DNA of 64,000 nt from Myxococcota bacterium. GTDB taxonomy: Bacteria > Myxococcota_A > Polyangia > Nannocystales > Nannocystaceae. The number at the start of each line of letters is the position of its first letter. The first letter of the stretch is position 1. A program made the position numbers and the translations under genes. Below the pieces are notes generated by a model that was not told the origin of the DNA, made no database searches, and was given only the letters and a program-made list of their open reading frames with translations. The DNA lies in contig JBCCHT010000058.1 of NCBI GenBank assembly GCA_039028615.1, positions 1 through 64,000 on the forward strand. The letters run 5' to 3'. This document shows, piece by piece, positions 1 through 8,383 of the stretch.

Positions 1-247
1 CAGCCGTGCTCCGTCTTCCCTGATGGCTGTTCGATGGCGAAGGCGCTCCCCAAACACCCCCTCCCGCGGAACAAACGACTCCCCCGCATCAGATCCCCGA
101 ACCCACCCTCCAACACCCACATCGTCACCCTCCCCACCACCAAAAACCAATCTCCCTTCCCGCCTGCAACCACGCCATCCTCCCCCCGTCTCAAAGGCAC
201 CCCGAGGCACACCCGCCTCGAGAAAATCCAAGAAAGCAGGCACGACC

Positions 248-1801
248 ATGGGATTGCTAGACAAGATGTTCGGCGGCGGCACCAAGCTCGAACTCAAGCT
301 CGACACCGACAAGATCCCCGAAGGCGGAACCCTCTCCGGCACCCTCTCCCTCTCCGGCGGCAAGAAGCCCCTCAAGCTCACCGCCCTGAAGGTCCGCCTC
401 GTCTACATGAAGGTCGAGTCCAACGACGACTCCCCCATCCCCGACATCGACGTCCAGGTCCTCCTCGACAACACCGTCGTCGCCAACGGCGAGCTGCCCC
501 CCGGGTCCCTGCAGAAGCACGACTTCTCGTTCAAGGTCCCGACCGGCACCGACCCCGACGGTGACTATCGCGTGATCGCGGTCGCCGATATCCCCAAGGT
601 CAAGGACCCCAAGGCGGAAGCCAAGCTCACCGTCATCGCCCCCGATCCCTCGGGTGCCAACCAGGGCATGTTCAGCCGCCTCACGGGCAAGCCGAACGAG
701 GACGAGATCCTGGCGCAGTTCCCCGGCTTGATGTCGGCCGACGAAGACGAGCGCTCCGATGCGCTGCACGAGCTGACCTGCGCCTCGTATGACGAGGACA
801 ACAACTTCGTGAACATCGCGGGCAAGCTCGGCCAGATGATGAACGAGGGCTCGGCCGATTTGCGGGCAGCGGCGCTGCAGGCATGGGGCAACGTGCTCAA
901 CAACCGAGCGCAGCCCGAGCACATCCAGGCGCTGTCGAACATGGCGGCCGACCCGGCCGTGGCCTCCGATCGCCGCCTGATGGACGAGGTGATCTCGGTG
1001 GCGGCCAAGTTCGCGGAGGAAGGCGCGGCCCCGCTGGTGAAGTGGTTCGCGCAGCACGAAAATCCCGAGATTCGCAAGGAGATGGCCGACCGCATTCGCT
1101 TCGATGCGGACGACGAGTTCCTCGAGAAGCGGGCGATCCTCTCCGCGATGGTCAACGACCCGGACGCGGGGGTCCGTGCGTCGGCGGTGGGGGGCCTGAG
1201 CGAGTACAACGACGAGGCGGCGATGGTCCAAGACTTCGCCCAGCGCTCGATCTCCGATCCCTCGCCCGAGGTCCAGGCGGCATGCCTGTCGGCGCTGACG
1301 CTGTCGCATCACAACGGCCACGGCGAGGTGGTGTTCGCGACCTTCCAGCAGCACCTGCAGAACCAACACGTGAAGGTGCGCAAGGAGATCGCCGAGTCGT
1401 GCCACTGGCTGCCCACCGATCCGCGACTGGCCGGCATCGTGCACGCGCTGCTCAGCGACCCGAGCCCCGAGGTCCGTCGCGCGATGGCGTGGCAAGGGGT
1501 CAACATGAGCGAGCACCCCGAGCTGGGTGAGCTGTTCATGCGGGCGTGCGACGACCCCGACCAAGAGGTCGCCCAGGATGCGCTCAAGGGCATGGGGCGC
1601 CTGCTCGGGTGGGACGCCGGCGTGCAGTTCTATCGCCAGCGCATGGCCCAGCGGCCCACCGAGGAGACCTACTGGGGCGTCTACTACGGCATCTACGGCG
1701 ACCTCGACGAGGCGCCCGCGCTGGCGCTGATGAAGGAGCTGGCGTCGTCGCACTTCGCCGACGTGGCGAGCTCGGCTCGCGAGGCGCTCGAAGACGCGTA
1801 A
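248..1801 (+). CDS. Spo0M/arrestin-like N-terminal domain fused to HEAT repeats
   Basis: ATG at 248 (MGLLDKMFGGGTKLELKLD...GGTLSGTLSLSGG...ADIPKVKDPKA) resembles the Spo0M family. The C-terminal two-thirds has repeated DPDAGVRASA / DPSPEVQAAC / DPSPEVRRA HEAT motifs. Confidence 0.7.
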   Translation: MGLLDKMFGGGTKLELKLDTDKIPEGGTLSGTLSLSGGKKPLKLTALKVRLVYMKVESNDDSPIPDIDVQVLLDNTVVANGELPPGSLQKHDFSFKVPTGTDPDGDYRVIAVADIPKVKDPKAEAKLTVIAPDPSGANQGMFSRLTGKPNEDEILAQFPGLMSADEDERSDALHELTCASYDEDNNFVNIAGKLGQMMNEGSADLRAAALQAWGNVLNNRAQPEHIQALSNMAADPAVASDRRLMDEVISVAAKFAEEGAAPLVKWFAQHENPEIRKEMADRIRFDADDEFLEKRAILSAMVNDPDAGVRASAVGGLSEYNDEAAMVQDFAQRSISDPSPEVQAACLSALTLSHHNGHGEVVFATFQQHLQNQHVKVRKEIAESCHWLPTDPRLAGIVHALLSDPSPEVRRAMAWQGVNMSEHPELGELFMRACDDPDQEVAQDALKGMGRLLGWDAGVQFYRQRMAQRPTEETYWGVYYGIYGDLDEAPALALMKELASSHFADVASSAREALEDA

Positions 1802-1815
1802 GCGGTCGATGATGG

Positions 1816-1839
1816 CCGGTGGGGCCACGGCCCCACCGG
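1816..1839 (+). terminator. GC-rich hairpin after the Spo0M-HEAT gene
   Basis: ccggtggggc-cacg-gccccaccgg, a perfect 10-bp stem 14 bp after the stop codon; weak U-tract. Confidence 0.5.
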
Positions 1840-2486
1840 TCTCGCGTGGCTCCTGATGTCACGCGCAGGGTGGCTACAACTGTTGTTGGTCTACGAGATC
1901 GAGCGGCTCGAATTCACCCCGAGCCGGGGGGTCGTGGGCGTCGAACAAGGGTATGTTGCCCGTGGTAACTTTGAGGGGAAACGCACCCATGCAATGCGTG
2001 ACTCTCTGGATCTTGGTGCTACCGTCCTGCCCGAGATCTAGGGGAGACTCGCAATCGTCGGTGGGGATCCGGCGTGGCAGAGTCGTCGTTCGTCATGAGC
2101 GACTCTGTCGGGGAATGCCGTCATGACTCGCCCGTAATCGGGCGCTCGCATCGTTGCCAATTTCGTGCGCCGAGTAGGGACTCGGCTGTCGAGAGGCCCG
2201 AGGGGCACCGGCCGTAGTTCGGCCGGTGTACCCCGTCAGGGCCGCCCTACGCCGAATTTTCGCTCCGTTCGGGGGTCGTGTCTCCACGATCTCGACCGGT
2301 CACGGCGTCGATCGTTCGCTCGCTCGCGACCGATTGCGCCAGTGCACGACCGCTACTTTTTTTTTCGAGAGTGAACAAACAACCAAGGGTACGACATCCC
2401 CTGCAGTAGCGGCACGTCGAGCCTATCGACACTTCCGCTCACCGGTGGGCCGTATCCCATCGTTCTACGAAAACGACCACAATCCA

Positions 2487-3485
2487 ATGTACCGATATCC
2501 GTTTACGCCTTATCCCAATGGTTGGTACCGCGTGGCTTATGCTCATGAGCTGTCAATTGGTGAAGTGAAGCCAATCGAGGCGCTGGGGCGTGATCTCGTG
2601 GCGTTTCGGGGCGAGGACGGGCGCGTTCGCGTGCTCGATGCTCACTGCCCGCACCTGGGGGCGCACCTGGGCTACGGAGGCAATGTCGTCGGGAACGACA
2701 TCGCGTGTCCGTTCCACGACTGGCGCTTCAACGGCGAGGGCGAGTGCGTCGACATCCCCTACTGCTCGGGTCGAGTGCCCAAGCGCGCCCGGGTGGACGC
2801 GTGGACGGTCTGCGAGCGCAACGGGGTGGTCTTCATCTGGTGGGATCATCAAGGGCGTCAGCCCAGCTTCGAGATCCCGGTGGTCGCCGAGGTCGACGAT
2901 CCGAAGTGGACGAAGCCGCTCGAGTTCACCTGGCGCACGCGCGTGCACATTCAAGAGGTGGCCGAGAACGCCCTCGATCTCGCCCACTTCGGCAAGGTGC
3001 ACCACTACCTCGACTTTCCCGAGCTGCGCTCGTTCACGACCGAGGACCACGTGCTTCAGGTCGGCCTGAGCGCGGGCCGACGAGTGATGGGCGTGACCGG
3101 CCGCAGCACGATGGACATCACCTACCACGGCCTGGGGGTGGTGCACGCTCAGGTCGCGGGGCCCGGCATCGAGCTGGCGGTCATCCTGACCACGACGCCC
3201 GTCGATCAGGAGCATTGCGACATCCACATCGCGGTCATGAACCGCAAGTCGCGGATCCCCCTGAAGGACTTCGCGCTCCGTCGCTACATGCGGTGGGAGA
3301 TCGGCACCGACTTCGCCCACGACATCCCCATCTGGGAGCACAAGCAGTATCGAACCCGCCCGCTGCTGGCCAAGGGCGACGGACCGATCATGAAGGTCCG
3401 CAAGTGGGCGGAGCAGTTCTACGAGGAAGCGGCGACCCGCGACGAGGCGGCGACCGACAAGACCCACTTGCCGCTGGTCGGATGA
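2487..3485 (+). CDS. Rieske [2Fe-2S] non-heme iron oxygenase, cholesterol 7-desaturase (Neverland/DAF-36)/KshA-like
   Basis: PYPNGWY start, CPHLGAHL...CPFH Rieske motifs, ENALDLAHFGKVH iron motif, C-terminal DIPIWEHK...DGPI..RKWAEQFY. Confidence 0.9.
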   Translation: MYRYPFTPYPNGWYRVAYAHELSIGEVKPIEALGRDLVAFRGEDGRVRVLDAHCPHLGAHLGYGGNVVGNDIACPFHDWRFNGEGECVDIPYCSGRVPKRARVDAWTVCERNGVVFIWWDHQGRQPSFEIPVVAEVDDPKWTKPLEFTWRTRVHIQEVAENALDLAHFGKVHHYLDFPELRSFTTEDHVLQVGLSAGRRVMGVTGRSTMDITYHGLGVVHAQVAGPGIELAVILTTTPVDQEHCDIHIAVMNRKSRIPLKDFALRRYMRWEIGTDFAHDIPIWEHKQYRTRPLLAKGDGPIMKVRKWAEQFYEEAATRDEAATDKTHLPLVG

Positions 3486-4324
3486 TGCGCGCCGCCAATA
3501 CCGAGCGCACTCGGTTTCCCTTCCGCGCCTATCCCGACGGGTGGTTCGCGGTGGCGAAGCTGGCCGAGTTGCCCGTACGCCGCACGCTCTTTGGTCGCCC
3601 GACGCTGATCCGTTGGCACGGCCAGCGGATCGAGGCGACGGATCTGCCTCACCTCGAGGTGCGCGACGGCTTGATCTTCGCGTGGCACCACGCAAGCGGC
3701 GAGCCGCCGAGCTTCCGCATCCCGCCCGTCGACAACACGCGCTGGTCCAAGCCGGTCATCGACACCTTGGAGGTCTCGAGTCACCCGCAGGAAGTGCTCG
3801 AGAACACGGTCGACACGCAGCACTTCATCAAGGTGCACGGCTATCGCGACTTCGAGTCGCTGCAGCCCGCGTACACCGAAGGGCCGCACTTTCACGCGAG
3901 CTACCGCTTCACGCGGGCACTGCTCGACCATCCCGCGAGTCCGCGCGTCCCCATCGAGATCGAGATCCAGGCCTCCGGGCTCGGCTACTCGCGGGTCGAG
4001 GTCACGGTGGTGCCCGTGGGACTCCGCGCTCGTCTCGAGGTGATGGTGACGCCGCTGCTCGACGAGCGCTGCACCCTGCGCTCCGCCACGCGCGTGCAAT
4101 CGCCCGCGCTGCCCGGCCCGTGGTCCTCGCTGCAGTGGCCGGTCGATCGGCTCTTCGACGGCGTCGCTCATCTCGCGGCGCTCGGCGGTCGAGCCGACGT
4201 CCGCGACGACCTGCGCCTGTGGCAGCACAAGATCTACGCGACGCGGCCCGTGCTCATTCGCGACGACGGCCCCATCGGTTCGTATCGCCGCTGGGCTCGC
4301 CAGTTCATGCGCGAAGCCGCCTGA
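3482..4324 (+). CDS. Rieske oxygenase paralog lacking the [2Fe-2S] subdomain (catalytic domain only)
   Basis: ATGA overlap with the upstream stop. YPDGWF start, no CxH/CxxH, retains ENTVDTQHFIKVH and DLRLWQHK...DGPIGSYRRWARQF. Confidence 0.85.
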   Translation: MMRAANTERTRFPFRAYPDGWFAVAKLAELPVRRTLFGRPTLIRWHGQRIEATDLPHLEVRDGLIFAWHHASGEPPSFRIPPVDNTRWSKPVIDTLEVSSHPQEVLENTVDTQHFIKVHGYRDFESLQPAYTEGPHFHASYRFTRALLDHPASPRVPIEIEIQASGLGYSRVEVTVVPVGLRARLEVMVTPLLDERCTLRSATRVQSPALPGPWSSLQWPVDRLFDGVAHLAALGGRADVRDDLRLWQHKIYATRPVLIRDDGPIGSYRRWARQFMREAA

Positions 4325-4364
4325 GGTTTTCGCCCTCTCACCCTGTGTTCATCTGGAGCTTTTC

Positions 4365-5411
4365 ATGTCCCCCGCCATTCCATCGAGCTGGTACTACGTC
4401 TGCGAGACGAGCGAGGTCGCCGTCGGAGAGATCCGTCGGGTCGAGGCCTTCGGTCGCACGCTTGCGCTGTGGCGCACACAAAGCGGTGCCGTGCATGCCA
4501 CGGACGCGACCTGCCCTCATCTCGGCACCGACCTGACCAAGCGCGGTCGGGTGGTGGGCGAGGAGCTGGAGTGCTTCACGCACAAGTTCCGCTACGACGG
4601 CGCGGGGGACTGCGTCGCCACGGGCACGGGGGAGATGCCGTGTCGAAGCCAGGGCGTGCTGCGCAAGTACCCCGTGCAGGAGACGGCCGGCTTCGTGCTC
4701 GTGTGGTACGACGCCCACGGCCGCGAGCCGACCTGGACGATCCCCGAGGCCCCGCTGGGCTACGAGGGGCGCGGGCGGCCGTGGAAGAGCCAGTACGTGT
4801 TCGAGACCTGCGCGCAGACGATCAACGAGGACAACTTCGACATCGGCCACCTCTACTCGTGGCACGAGCTGCACGAGGTCGCGTCGGCGCCGGTCGAGGT
4901 CTACGGGCCGAGGCTGCGCATCGTCCATGACTTTCGGCGTCACTCGCTGGTGCTCAAAAAGCCCCTGCCGCCGCCCTTCGACGTGCTCTCGCAGGAGATC
5001 GTGAGCCGCTACAGCGCCGACCTGTACGGCCACGGGCTGACCCTGTCGCAGATCGACCTGCCCACGGTGGACTTTCACGTCGAGGACGTCATCTGGGTGA
5101 CGCCGATCGACGACAAGCGGATCCGCTACACCACCTTCCTGCGCCAGATCCGACCCCAGGGCGCGCGAACCTTGCGACAGCGCATGCTCGACCGGGTGCT
5201 GCACCCGCTGCTGGTGCCGATCTTCGTGGCGCGACTCCGCCAAGAGCACCGCCACGAGGGCTACGGCTTCTGGCAGAACCAAACCCACATCGCCGACCCG
5301 ATCCTCCGCGAGAGCGAAAACGAGTACGTTGGCGTCTATCGGGAGTGGTGCAAGCAGTTCGAGCCGGGCCCCGCGCCCGAGCAGCTCACCGTGTTGCGGA
5401 GGCCGGCATGA
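4365..5411 (+). CDS. Rieske oxygenase paralog with divergent ligands
   Basis: CPHLGTDL...CFTH Rieske motifs, EDNFDIGHLYSWH iron motif, C-terminal HEGYGFWQNQ...YREWCKQF; ggag RBS upstream. Confidence 0.85.
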   Translation: MSPAIPSSWYYVCETSEVAVGEIRRVEAFGRTLALWRTQSGAVHATDATCPHLGTDLTKRGRVVGEELECFTHKFRYDGAGDCVATGTGEMPCRSQGVLRKYPVQETAGFVLVWYDAHGREPTWTIPEAPLGYEGRGRPWKSQYVFETCAQTINEDNFDIGHLYSWHELHEVASAPVEVYGPRLRIVHDFRRHSLVLKKPLPPPFDVLSQEIVSRYSADLYGHGLTLSQIDLPTVDFHVEDVIWVTPIDDKRIRYTTFLRQIRPQGARTLRQRMLDRVLHPLLVPIFVARLRQEHRHEGYGFWQNQTHIADPILRESENEYVGVYREWCKQFEPGPAPEQLTVLRRPA

Positions 5412-5911
5412 TCATCCCGCCGCGCTGGGTGATGCTGTGGCTGCTGGTGAGCATCGCGATCACGGGCTGGGACGCGAGCTTCGTGCTGATGCGTCCGCAC
5501 TCCATGCCCGGAGGAGACCTGGCGTTCTTGTGGCCGCCCTATGAGACCTACGTGGTCGTCGACCACGGCTACGGCGACCTCACCAACGGCTGGATCGCGG
5601 GCCAAGCGGTGATGACACTGGTCGAGGTCGTGCTCGGGTTGTCCGCGCTGCTGCTGTGGCGGGCGGGTCACGCGATGGCGGGTCCGGTGGCGCTGGTGAG
5701 CATCGCCATGACGGGGGCCAAGACCAGCCTGATCTTCCTCGCCGAGTGGATGTCCGGCCTCGAGAACGTGGGCCACAACTCCACCGCCGACCTCATCTCT
5801 CTTTATGTGCTGCCCAACGTGGTCTGGGTCATCGTGCCCATCATCGCGTGCGTGGCCCTGATGCGCTCGATGAGCGTCCCGCTGAATGCGAGCCCGTCAT
5901 GCGCAACCTGA
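5408..5911 (+). CDS. EXPERA/emopamil-binding-protein-like 4-TM membrane protein (sterol isomerase-like family)
   Basis: ATGA overlap; four hydrophobic segments; WD..FVL.RP, LW.PY..Y..VD..YG, E, KT and LYVLPN.VW.IVP motifs resemble EXPERA proteins. Confidence 0.7.
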   Translation: MIIPPRWVMLWLLVSIAITGWDASFVLMRPHSMPGGDLAFLWPPYETYVVVDHGYGDLTNGWIAGQAVMTLVEVVLGLSALLLWRAGHAMAGPVALVSIAMTGAKTSLIFLAEWMSGLENVGHNSTADLISLYVLPNVVWVIVPIIACVALMRSMSVPLNASPSCAT

Positions 5912-6756
5912 GCCCGCATTCGTCGAGCGAGACACCCGCCGTGCTCTCGCCGGAGCCGAGGGGGTGGTTCGCACTCGTGCCCTCCCACCAGCTCGGTCGC
6001 GGTGGATCCTGGTCGGGGGTCGTGGCCAACCAGGCCTGTCGCATCACACGGGCCGCCGACGGCTCGATCCGCGGAGAGGGGGCGCTCGGTCCCTTCGTCG
6101 AGCAAAACGGCTTCGTGTTCGCGTGGCACGGTGAGGGCGAGCCGAGCTTCGTCTTGCCCGCGTTGCCCGAGCAGGGCTGGAGCGCCGCCAAGTTCCACCG
6201 CATCGATGCGCAGACCCACCCGCAAGAGGTCTACGAGAACAGCATCGATCACGCGCACTTTCCCATCATCCACAAGTACGCCGACATCGAGGTACGACAG
6301 CCGATGGTCCTGCACGCGCACTCGATGCGGGTCGGCTACCGGATCTCCCGAGCGCTGCCCGGCAGCCAGCGACGATTGACGAGCGAGTTCGAGGTCCAGC
6401 TGCACGGGCTCGGCGTGGCGCACAATCACATCGAGGTCCCGCTGCTCGGCATGCGGACGAGGATGCTCGCGCTCGCCACTCCGACCACCCCGGGTCACGT
6501 CACCCTGTGGCTGCGGGTCAGCGTGCGCTTCGATCGTCCGGGGGTGTTGGGGGCCTTCACCCGCGCTCTCACCCCGCTGGCCCTGGCCGCGACGGCGCAG
6601 GGCATCGTGCACGATTTTCGCCAAGACCTGAGCATCTGGGCCCACAAGCGCTACCTCGAGCGCCCCGTGCTCGTGGCGGGCGACGGCCCCATCGGTCGCT
6701 TCCGTCGCTGGGCTCGACAGTTCTATGGTCCCGTGCCGGCTGGAGCGGTCTCGTGA
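5899..6756 (+). CDS. Second Rieske oxygenase paralog lacking the [2Fe-2S] subdomain
   Basis: PRGWF start, no CxH/CxxH, retains ENSIDHAHFPIIH and QDLSIWAHK...DGPIGRFRRWARQFY; overlaps the upstream gene by 13 bp. Confidence 0.85.
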   Translation: MRNLSPHSSSETPAVLSPEPRGWFALVPSHQLGRGGSWSGVVANQACRITRAADGSIRGEGALGPFVEQNGFVFAWHGEGEPSFVLPALPEQGWSAAKFHRIDAQTHPQEVYENSIDHAHFPIIHKYADIEVRQPMVLHAHSMRVGYRISRALPGSQRRLTSEFEVQLHGLGVAHNHIEVPLLGMRTRMLALATPTTPGHVTLWLRVSVRFDRPGVLGAFTRALTPLALAATAQGIVHDFRQDLSIWAHKRYLERPVLVAGDGPIGRFRRWARQFYGPVPAGAVS

Positions 6757-7766
6757 GCATCGAGTCGTCCGTTCCCTTCGGCGCCAACCGAGGTCGCCCC
6801 TCCCTGCCGCCGTATCCCAATAGCTGGTATCGCGTCGCCTTCTCCCACGAGGTCCCCCGCGGCACGGTGAAGAGTGTGTCGGCCTTTGGCCGCGACCTGG
6901 TCGTGTTCCGCGGCGAAGACGGTGAGCTCGGTGTCCTCGATGCCTACTGTCCGCACCTGGGGGCGCACCTGGGCCACAACGGCCGAGTCGAGAACAACGC
7001 CGTCGTGTGCCCCTTCCACGCGTGGAGCTTCGACAAAGGAGGCGAGTGCACGAAGATCGCCTACTGCGACAAGATCCCCAAGCGAGCGCGCGCCGAGGCC
7101 TTCGAGGTCGACGAGCGCAACGGCATGGTGTTCGTGTACCACCACGATCGTGGCCAGGCGCCCGCCGCCCGCGTCCCCGAGATCCCCGAGCTGTCCGATC
7201 CCGACTGGCTTCCCTACCGCTCCATCACCGTGCCCGTACGGGCGCATGTGCAGGACATGGGGGAGAACGCCGTCGACGCCCCGCACTTTCAGGTGGTGCA
7301 CGGCACCAAGGACGTCCCCGACATCGCGCGCGTCGAGGTCTCCGACGATCGCTTCGTCACCCGCCTGGTCGATCACTTCGACTTCTTCGGCAAGTCGCGC
7401 CCGGTCGACATCGAGATCAGCATCTATCAGCCCGGCTTCACCACGGTGCGGATCGGGCTGTTCATGAAGGTGCTGATCGTGACGACGACGACCGCGGTGA
7501 GCGAAGACCTCACCACGCAGACTCACTCGATCGTGGTCCGGCGCGGCCGCGTGCCGCTGCTGGCCCGCCTGTTTCGCTGGTTCTTCATGCGGGAGATTCG
7601 GCGGCAGCTCGAGCAAGACCGCCAGGTGCTCGACTACAAGCGTTACAACGAGGTGCCCGTGCTGTGTGCCGAGGACGGGCCGGTCATGAAGTACCGACGC
7701 TGGTTCTCGCGCTTTTACTCCGACCAGACGCGCGCGAGCCGACGACGCCTGGACGTCGTCGGCTGA
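6753..7766 (+). CDS. Rieske [2Fe-2S] oxygenase, Neverland/KshA-like
   Basis: GTGA overlap; PYPNSWY, CPHLGAHL...CPFH, ENAVDAPHFQVVH, QDRQVLDYK...DGPVMKYRRWFSRFY. Confidence 0.9.
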   Translation: MSIESSVPFGANRGRPSLPPYPNSWYRVAFSHEVPRGTVKSVSAFGRDLVVFRGEDGELGVLDAYCPHLGAHLGHNGRVENNAVVCPFHAWSFDKGGECTKIAYCDKIPKRARAEAFEVDERNGMVFVYHHDRGQAPAARVPEIPELSDPDWLPYRSITVPVRAHVQDMGENAVDAPHFQVVHGTKDVPDIARVEVSDDRFVTRLVDHFDFFGKSRPVDIEISIYQPGFTTVRIGLFMKVLIVTTTTAVSEDLTTQTHSIVVRRGRVPLLARLFRWFFMREIRRQLEQDRQVLDYKRYNEVPVLCAEDGPVMKYRRWFSRFYSDQTRASRRRLDVVG

Positions 7767-7790
7767 GGACGGACTCGGTTCGCGGCTGCG

Positions 7791-8294
7791 CTACTGCACC
7801 GCGGCGCGGGCTTCGTTCCCCTGCGGCACGCCCTTGGGCCCGATCAACACGCCGTGCTCGAGGTGATCGGAAAGCCCTTCGAGGACCTTGTCGAGCAACC
7901 CGGTGATCTTGCCGCGCATGGCGACCGCGTTGAGGGCCGCGCCCAGAGGCCCGAACTTCGGGCGGTAGTCCATCGTGATGGTGACCTCGCTCCGGTCATC
8001 GGCCAGGGGCGCGACAGTGAAGACCGCGGTCACATCTTGCGCGGGCAGAGGCCCCTCGAGGACGTCGACGGTCATCGACACGCCGTCTTCGACAGCGACC
8101 ACCTCTTCGATGGCTTGCCCGCCTCCGTAGAAGTGACAAGCGCGCTTTGCGCCTACTCCACTCGGCACGGCGTTGAGGATCGGGGAGCTCTCGACTCCCG
8201 GATGAAAGCGATGCACTCCCCCGAAGTCGGCCAGGGCCGCCCAAACCCGGTCGGAGGAGGCATTTACGGTGCGTTTGACGTCGACTTGGCGCAT
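7791..8294 (-). CDS. SRPBCC (START/polyketide cyclase-dehydrase) family protein
   Basis: VWAALADFGGVHRFHPGV...GVGAKRAC...SEVTITMDY pattern, 167 aa; aaggaa RBS. Confidence 0.85.
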   Translation of the reverse strand: MRQVDVKRTVNASSDRVWAALADFGGVHRFHPGVESSPILNAVPSGVGAKRACHFYGGGQAIEEVVAVEDGVSMTVDVLEGPLPAQDVTAVFTVAPLADDRSEVTITMDYRPKFGPLGAALNAVAMRGKITGLLDKVLEGLSDHLEHGVLIGPKGVPQGNEARAAVQ

Positions 8295-8364
8295 GGCTTC
8301 GTTTCCTTGATCGAGAGGCTAGTGTCCGTTCATGCACATCACAATCGCCGTTTTCGGTAACTGA

Positions 8365-8382
8365 ATGTGCAACGATGCACAT
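8365..8382. promoter_or_regulatory. Dyad, probable regulator operator in the SRPBCC/LysR divergent promoter
   Basis: ATGTGCA-acga-TGCACAT perfect inverted repeat, with a third half-site TGCACAT at 8333-8339. Confidence 0.45.
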
Positions 8383-8383
8383 C

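Noticed and set aside
1856..2041. 61-aa ORF upstream of the Rieske operon
   Set aside because: Atypical codon usage, no RBS and no recognisable motif.
3482..4324. Calling the Rieske-less genes pseudogenes
   Set aside because: Frames are intact, translational coupling and iron ligands are preserved, and the same deletion occurs in two paralogs.
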